DNA of 64,000 nt from an uncultured Gammaproteobacteria bacterium (GTDB lineage Bacteria > Patescibacteriota > Microgenomatia > Levybacterales > GWA1-39-11). The notes under the pieces are model-generated. The model searched no databases and was not told where the DNA came from. It saw only the letters and a program-made list of their open reading frames with translations. Below are positions 15,001 through 24,000 of this stretch, piece after piece (the stretch's first letter is position 1; every line of letters starts with the position of its first letter). The stretch is taken from assembly GCA_964485575.1 (NCBI GenBank), contig CAZAJO010000008.1:921-64920 (forward strand), read 5' to 3'. The position numbers and the translations under genes are program-made.

Positions 15001-18000
15001 AGGCTCCCGTTGATGGGGTTGTTGCACCAATTGCAGTACTATTTATACCTGTTGCGGTTGCTGTGAAGTTGCCTGAAGTGATCAGTAAATTGTTGACTCC
15101 GGCATTGATAGATGATGCAGACAAACCTGAAAGACTGAGTACCCCGGAAGTTGCGGTAAGATTGATTGCCCCGGTCGTCAGGGTCAACCCATTTGATGCT
15201 GTCAAAAGACCAGCAGATGTTATAGTACCGGTTCCGGTTGTTGCTATATTTCCACTTGTTGTAAGATTTCCAAGCTCATTTATGGTCAAAGTTGCAGATC
15301 CGGAGGACTGAATCTCAAGAGCAGTATTTGTATTCTCGTTATTGTCGTTGATGATAAATGCAGAAGCTGTCCCTTGGTTTGTGAGAGTCAATGAGGTCGT
15401 CTGATCTTGACCCAATGTAAAGTCAATACTTCTTCCAGGAGTCGTTGTTATAGAGTTCCCAGTGTTGTAAGCAGCCTGCAGTCCAAATGGTGCACCGTTA
15501 CAGTACGCAAGGTTGTTACTTACGTCCAAACAAAGGGTGTTCCCATTCTGAGTCTGTAGACCATTGATCTGGATTCTCTCATTAGATGTTGTATTGAACA
15601 CTACGTTGTTACCGGTTGATGGTGTAAATACAGCAGATCCTGAAGCATCAAATGAATTTCCATTTGTGATAATCACATTTCCGTTGAAAGTAGAGATCCC
15701 AGCAACATCTAGAGTACTTCCAAGAGTAGTAGCTCCAGTCCCAACGCTAAAGGTATTGCTACCGGTGACCGTTGTATTCCCGTTCAACGAAACGTTACCG
15801 GTACCCGTGGAGAACGTGTATGCTCCAACTTGGGTAATATTATTATTGAAAGTTCCAACTCCATTGACAGTCAATGCACCTCCAAGAGTCGTAAGACCGG
15901 TTCCTACGGTAAATGTATTTGCTCCCGTTACTGATGTATTTCCATTCAGAAGAGTCAGTGCATTAATGTTGAGGTTCCCAATCCCATTTAATGGGCTTAG
16001 TGTGATTTCACCTGTTGTGTCACCACCGATGGTGAGTGCACTAAGCTCTGTGGTCTGAATAGAACGTGGTGCTCCTGCAAGTGTCAAATTACCAGAGATA
16101 GATGCATTACTGGTCGTCGTAAGCAAAGTGAAATTACCGGTTGAAGGAGTAGTTACTCCAATTGCAGTACCGTTGATACCCGTTGCGGTAGTATTGAAAT
16201 TATTTGATGTGAAAGTCAAATTGTTTCCTCCGGTGTTGATACTTGATGCAGAAAGCCCAGAAAGATTTAATGTTCCCGAAGTTGCGGTTAGATTGAGTGC
16301 TCCTGTTGTTAATGTCAGTCCGTTTGATGCTGTCAAAAGACCTGCAGAGGTTATTGTTCCAGTGCCGGTTGTAGAAATATTGCCACTAGTTGTTAGATTT
16401 CCAAGCTCATTGATAGTGAGTGTAGCAGATCCCGAGGACTGGATCTCAAGGGACGTATTGGTATTTGCATTGTTATCGTTAATGATAAATGCACTAGCTG
16501 TACCAAGGTTTGTTAGTGTGAGTGAAGTTGTCTGATCCTGACCCAATGTGAATGCCAAATTTCGTCCAGGAGTTGTCGTTATCGTATTTCCTGTATTATA
16601 TGCAGCTTGAAGTCCGAAAGGTGCTCCGTTACAGTACGCAAGGTTGTTACTTACGTCAAGACATAGAGTATTACCATTCTGAGTCTGTAGACCATTTATC
16701 TGTATCCTCTCAGTACCAGTAGTATTGAATACTACATTGTTCCCAGACGAAGGAGCAAAAACAGCAGCGCCTGAAGCGTTGAATGAATTACCTGTTGTTA
16801 TAAATACGTTACTGTTAAATGTTGCAGTGCCCGCAACATCAAGAGTGCTTCCAAGAGTTGTAGCACCGGTTCCGACAGTAAAGGTATTGGATCCGGTAAC
16901 TGAAGTGTTTCCATTGAGTGAAACATTACCAGTTCCTGTTGAGAATGTGCCTGTCCCTGTTTGGGAAATGTTGTTGGTAAATGTGCCGACTCCATTAACT
17001 GTTAGTGCTCCCCCGAGTGTTGTAAGCCCGGTTCCAACAGTTAAAGTGTTCGTACCTGTAACTGATGTATTACCGTTTAGAGTGATTGCGCCAGTTCCAG
17101 TTGTGAATGTGCTAGCACCTACCTGGCTTATGTTGTCATTAAATGTGGATACACCTAAGACATTCAATGTACCGTTGAATGCTGAATTTCCATTGACCGT
17201 AAAGTTACCTGCACCTGAAAGAGGGGATACCACAATATTTCCTGTCGTATTTCCACCAATTGTAAGAGTGTTGTTCTCGGTTGTCTGGATCGAGCGGGGA
17301 GCACCGGCAAGAGTTAGATCTCCAGAGAATGATGCAGTACCAGTTGTTGTTAGATTTGTGAAATTACCCGTCGATGGAGTAGTAGCACCGATGGCAGTGT
17401 TGTTTATGCCAGTAGCAGTGACGGTAAAATTACCGGATCCGATGAGTAAATTATTTCCTCCAAACTGTAGTGATGAAGCAGATAGACCAGACAAATTGAG
17501 TGCTCCTGATGTACCGGTGATATTAACAGCACCAGTCGTTACGCTGAGTCCGTTTGACGCTGTCAATAGCGCATTAGATGTTATAGTGCCTGTTCCGGTA
17601 GTTGCTATATTTCCACTCGTTGTAAGATTTCCAAGCTCGTTTATAGACAAAGTTGCAGATCCCGAAGACTGGATTTCAAGAGATGTATTAGTATTGGCAT
17701 TATTGTCATTGATGATAAATGCTGAAGCAGTACCCAGATTAGTCAGGGTAAGAGATGTTGTCTGATCTTGACCCAATGTAAATGCAAGGTCACGACCCGG
17801 AGTTGTCGTTATCGTGTTTCCGGTGTTGTATGCTGCTTGAAGTCCAAATGGAGCACCGTTACAGTATGCAAGATTATTGCTTACATCCAAACAAAGGGTG
17901 TTCCCATTCTGAGTCTGTAACCCATTGATTTGAATTCTTTCATTTGAGGATGTATTAAATACGACATTATTGCCGGTAGAAGGTGTAAATACAGCTGATC

Positions 18001-21000
18001 CTGAAGCATTGAATGAGTTACCAGTTGTTACAAATACGTTGCCATTAAATGTTGCTGTACTAGCAACTGTAAGCGTACTGCCCAACGTTGTCGCACCAGT
18101 TCCGACTGAGAACGTATTGCTTCCTGTGACAGATGTATTTCCATTCAAAGAAACTGTTCCAGTCCCTGTTGAGAATGTACCGGTGCCAACTTGGCTAATA
18201 TTGTTGTTGAATGTTGCAGCCCCTTGTACACTCAAAAGGCCAGTGATGTCGGTGTTACCAGCAATCTGCACAAGTCCAGTCGTATTACCACCGATAGTCA
18301 GAGTGTTAAAGTCGGTCGTCTGAATTGAGCGTGGGGCACCTGCAAGAGTCAGATTCCCAGAGAATGAGGCATTCCCCGTAGTTGTGAGTGTAGTGAAATT
18401 ACCGGTGGAAGGGGTAGTGGCTCCTATTGCAGTATTGTTGATTCCGGTCGCAGTTGTATTGAAGTTTGATGAGGTGAATGTCAGAGCATTTGCACCTGAA
18501 TCAAATGTAGACGCACCAAGTCCAGTAAGAACAATTGCGCCTGAAGAACCAGTTATGTTTACAGCTCCAGCTGTGACTGTAAGGCCATTTGAAGCAGTTA
18601 ATAATCCGTTAGATGTTATTGTTCCCCCTGAGGTTGTGAGGATATTGTCAATAGTTGAAAGAGTTCCATTCTCACTTATTGTAAGCGTAGCCGAACCACT
18701 ACTTTGAATAGACAGTGCATTTTGGATAGAAGCATTGGTGTCATTGATAACAAATGCTGCACTTCCGGTTCCGGCATTGGTGAGCAGGAACTGACGTGAT
18801 GAAAGATCAGCAAGTGTAAAGTCAATATTCCCATGAAGATCGTTAGCAACTATGGTATTTCCTGAATTGTATGCCTGCTGTAGGGTAACATTAAGAGCGT
18901 TTGATGAACAAATAGAAAGCTCGTTTGCCCCATTTCGACAAACAACTGTCGCACCAACGGTTCCTGAAAGATTTGGAATCCTTGTTATAGTATTTAGTAC
19001 TATTTGTCCCGTTCCGTCAGGTGAAAGAGTAAGATCCTCATTTGAATTGGTTGTGATATCTGTTGCAGCACCTGAGAATATGAGCCCTGTAGATCCTATC
19101 GATTTATTTGAAAGAGTCTGGGTCTGATTAGCAAAAATGAATGTGTCATCTGCAGTGAGTGCTGGAATGGTGGCAAATCTTGACGCAGAGGGAGCAAGAG
19201 ATGTGATTGTCGTAGTATTAGTCGTTCCAAGTACTACCTGGTTTGTTGTGTTTGTGAGATTTAGAGACGCAAATGTTGGCGATGATGTCGCAGCGATACT
19301 TTGAGGTAATGAAAGAGAAATAGTACCAGACCCATTAGCCACGAGAACTTGATTTGAAGTACCCGTAATAGTATTCAAACTAAACCCTGACCCATTCCCT
19401 ATGAGAAGAGCTCCATTTGGAGCAGCAGAACTATCCACCCCGGTTCCACCTCTCAAAGGTGCGAGTTGTTGTTCTGAGGCAAGAACACCTGATGCGTTAT
19501 TGATGACAACTCCAGCTGTTGTAAACGGAGATATGGTGACAGATGTATTTGCCGTAACTGTTGTGAATGCTGCAGTTGACGGAGTAGTGGCTCCAATAGC
19601 AGTGCTATTGATTCCAGTTGCCGTGACGTTTAAGTTTGCTGCTCCGATGAGTAAATTATTTCCCCCAAACTGTAGAGATGAGGCAGATAGACCTGAAAGA
19701 CTGAGGGCTCCTGACGTGCCTGTGATATTGACTGCCCCTGTCGTTACGGTAAATCCATTTTGTGCTGTAAGAAGTCCTGCGGATGTTATGGCACCGGTAC
19801 CAGTAGTCAGGATATTTCCGCTAGTCGAAAGGTTACCAACAGACGTTAAGTTTCCGTTCTCAGAGATAGTAAGAGTTGCGCTACCACTTGATTGAGCTTG
19901 GAATACATCCTGAAGTGAGGCATTCGTGTCGTTTATGACAAAAGCAGCTGACCCAGTCCCTGCATTTGTAAGCAAAAATTGACGGGATGAAAGGTCAGCA
20001 AGAGTAATGTCGATATTACCTTCACCATCGGTTGCGCTAATAGTGTTTCCTGCTTCGTAAGCCAGTTGGAGCGAAATATTAGCAGCATTTGCAGGACACT
20101 CAGTTATCTCGTTTGTTATATCATCACGGCACAAGGTGGTCGCGCTTAGTCCAGCAGCTGGAAGATTAAGTAGTTTGGTTATATTTGAAAGGACGATCTG
20201 ACCCGTTCCATCAGGGGTAATAGTAAGGTCTTGATTCGATACGGTTGTGATATCGGTCCCTACACCATTAAAGGTTAGTGACCCTGTCGCTGTGATTGCT
20301 CCCGTTGACAAGCTATTGCTTGTGATCGAACCAGTTGTTATAAGATTTCCATTCTCAGAAATCGTGAGCGTTGCTGAACCGCTACTTTGAATAGATAGAG
20401 CATTTTGGATAGAGGCATTCGTGTCGTTTATGACAAATGCTGCTGACCCAGTACCGGCATTGGTAAGGAGGAATTGGCGAGATGAAAGGTCAGCAAGAGT
20501 GAAATCGATATTACCTTCACCATCGGTTGCGCTTATAGTGTTTCCTGCTTCGTATGCCAGTTGAAGCGAAATATTAGCAGCATTTGCCGGACACTCAGTG
20601 ATTTCATGAGAAGAATCATCACGGCAAAGTGTTGTTCCACTTACACCTGCTAATGGTAAGTTCTCTAATCGTGCAATATTTGAAAGTACGATTTGACCGG
20701 TTCCATTAGGTGTAAGCGTAAGATCTTCGTTACTGACCGTAATCAGGTCATTTGCAGCTCCAGAGAACACGAGTCCTGATGCTCCAATAGTTTTGTTAGT
20801 CAACGTTTGCGTTTGTGCCGCAAAAATAAAGGTGTCATCAAACGTGAGCGCTGGAAGTGTTGCAATACGTGGAGCACCCGGTGCTGGAGAATTTATTGTT
20901 GTAGTGTTTATTGTTCCTAATGACAATTGGTTTGTCGTTGCAGCAAGTCCGAGATTTCCTGCATATGAAAGTGTCGCAGCGTTGTCTCCCGCATTATTCA

Positions 21001-24000
21001 CGAATGCCAATTGGTATGTCGGTGCAGTTGTTAAGATCTGATTTTGGAGACTGAATGTCAGGTTATTTGACGAAGCCCCATTCCAGTAGGATCCTTGTAA
21101 TGACAATAGGTTTGAATTATTCAATGTTGCTCCACTCGTTGATGTGGCAAGTCTCAAAAGAGAGAGGGTATCAACTCCTGTCTGGTCGCCGACATTAAAA
21201 GCTGTCAGAGAAGTTATCGTCGTACCATCGTCTGTAAAATTAGAATCCCCGATATTTGATCCCGTTACGGTAAACTTGGCAAGTCTATTAAGAGTTCCAG
21301 CTCCTCCGACAACTCCACCGGCTCCAGCACAGTTTCCGACAGTAAGACAGACTGTCCCGTCATAGTCTGGAATACTTATTGTCCTCAAAGTTCCAGTTGT
21401 TATTTGACTAAGATCAAATAAGAATTGCTTTGTATTATCACCGTCATCCTGGAATGTGATTGAATTATCTGTAAGTAGTTTGTTTGTTAGAGTCTGGCTT
21501 TGGTTGGCAAAGATAAATGTGTCATTTGCACTAAGTCCTGGGATCGTAGCAATCCTTGAAGCTGCTGGCGCAACCGAGGAGATAGTCGTTGTGTTCCCAG
21601 TTCCCAAAACCAATTGATTTGTTGCCGCAAGGGAAGTAAGAACTCCTGCAGTCGTTAGATTCCCGTTCTCATTAATGGTAAGAGTAGCAGAGCCACTGCT
21701 TTGAATAGATAGGGCATTTTGTACGGACGCATTTGTATCATTTATGACAAATGCAGCACTTCCTGTACCTGCGTTTGTGAGCAGGAACTGTCGTGATGAA
21801 AGATCTGCAAGAGTTAGTGAAATATCACCAAACGAGTTAGAAGCGCTGATTGTGTTTCCAGCTTCGTACGCTAGCTGAAGGGAAATGTTTGCTGCATTTG
21901 CTGGACATTCGGTGACCTGATGAGATAAATCATCGCGGCAAAGTGTCGTTGCGGCAACACCTGCGACTGGCAGGTTCTCAAGACGCGTGATATTGGAAAG
22001 AACAATCTGGCCGGTTCCATTTGGAGTAATGGTAAAGTCCTCGTTGGCAAGCGTTGAGATGTCTGTTGCAGCACCAGAGAAAACAAGACCAGTCGTACCA
22101 ATGGTCTTATTGGTGAGGGTTTGAGTTTGCTGCGCGAAAATAAATGTATCATCGACGGTAAGTGCTGGTAATGTTGCAATTCGTGGGGCAGAAGGCGCAA
22201 CCGAACTTATTGTTGTCGTGTTTCCAGATCCCAAAACCAATTGATTGGTTGCCGCTTGCGCTGTCAAAGTTGTTGCTGAAAGGATAGACCCGGTTCCGGT
22301 GGTTAGGATATTTCCCGACGTTGATAGGAGCCCATTTTCATTGATGGTAAGAGTTGCGCTACCACTGCTTTGGATAACGAGTGAATTATTGACAGAACCG
22401 CTCGTATCATTGATTACAAAAGCACTTGCTGTTCCGACGTTTGTTAGAAGGAGGGAAGTCGAAAGACCTGATCCTAATGTAAAGTCGATATTCCTATTTG
22501 CTGTTGTAGTTATCGTATTTCCTGAATCATAAGCAAGCTGCAATGAGACGTTGCTAGCATTTGCCGGACATTGTGTAATCTCGTTACTGACGTTATCACG
22601 ACAAAGGGTAGTTGCGGCAACTCCGGCAGCAGGAAGACTACCAAGTCTTACTGTATTCGAAAGAACAATTTGCCCAATCCCTGAAGCAGACAAAGTCAGG
22701 TCTTCATTGCTTGCGGTCGTTATGTCTGTGGCAGCACCTGAAAAGATAAGACCTGTAGATCCGATTGTCTTGTTACTTAATGTCTGCGTTTCGTTTGCAA
22801 ATACAAAAGTGTCTGACGCATTTAAAGCAGGTATCGTTGCTGTCCTTGGGACTGACTGTGAGTTGGAGTTTATAACAAGCGTATTACCGGCAGCACCTAG
22901 CGTAAGCTGATTACTTGTGTTTGAAAGTGTTTGCGATGCGAATGTCGGTGACGAAGTAGCGGCAATATCTTGAGGCGTAGAAAGAACAATTGTTCCACTA
23001 CCGTTCACAACATTTACCTGATTTGATGTACCTGAAATGTAATTAAGACTAAGTCCGGTACCATTGCCTATTAAAATCTGCCCAGGCAAAGCTGCTGATG
23101 TATCAAGGCCTGTTCCTCCTCGAGCCGGATTGAGTTGAGCGATAGTTGAGAAAACTCCCGAAGAATTATTGATTACAACTCCATCTGTTATGAAGCTTGA
23201 AAGAGTAAAAGCACCATTTGCCGACAGGTTAGTAAAAGCACCCGTTGAAGGGGTAGTACTACCCACAGCAGTACTGTTGATTCCGGTAGCTGTTGTGTTG
23301 AGGTTTGCTGATGTAATGAGTAAGTTATTTACTCCAGTTGATATACTTGAACCAGATAGGCCTGACAAATTAAGCGTACCTGCAGTAGCGGTAAGGTTAA
23401 GAGTGCCGGTTGTTAATGTAAGACCGTTTGATGCAGTAAGTGTTCCGGCTGAAGTAATAGTACCTGCTCCGGTTGTTAAGATATTTCCACTCGTTGACAA
23501 AATACCGTTCTCGTTGATGGTAAGTGTCGTTGAACCACCTGATTGCACTTCCAATGCATTCTGGATAGCAGCATTTGTATCATTGATAACAAGTGCTGAA
23601 GAGGCGGTTCCTGCATTTGTTAGGGTTAATGCACGGGCACTATCAGATGCCAACGTAAAGTCTAAGTTGCCGATAGAATCTGAAACGCTTATCGTGTTTC
23701 CGGAATTGTAAGCAAGTTGCAGTGAAATGCCACCAGCGTTTGCTGGACATTGAGTTATCTCGTTGCTGACGTTATCGCGACAAAGAGTTGTAGCACTTAC
23801 CCCAGGCCCTGGAAGATTTAAAAGACGGGTAGTGTTGGAAAGAACGATTTGCCCTGTCCCATTTGGAGTAATGGTGAAGTCTTCATTGGCAAGCGTTGAA
23901 ACATCAGTCGCTGCTCCTGAAAAGGTAAGGCCGGTCGCACCGATAGTCTTGTTGGAAAGAGTCTGTGTTTCATTGGCAAAGACAAATGTGTCATCCGCAG

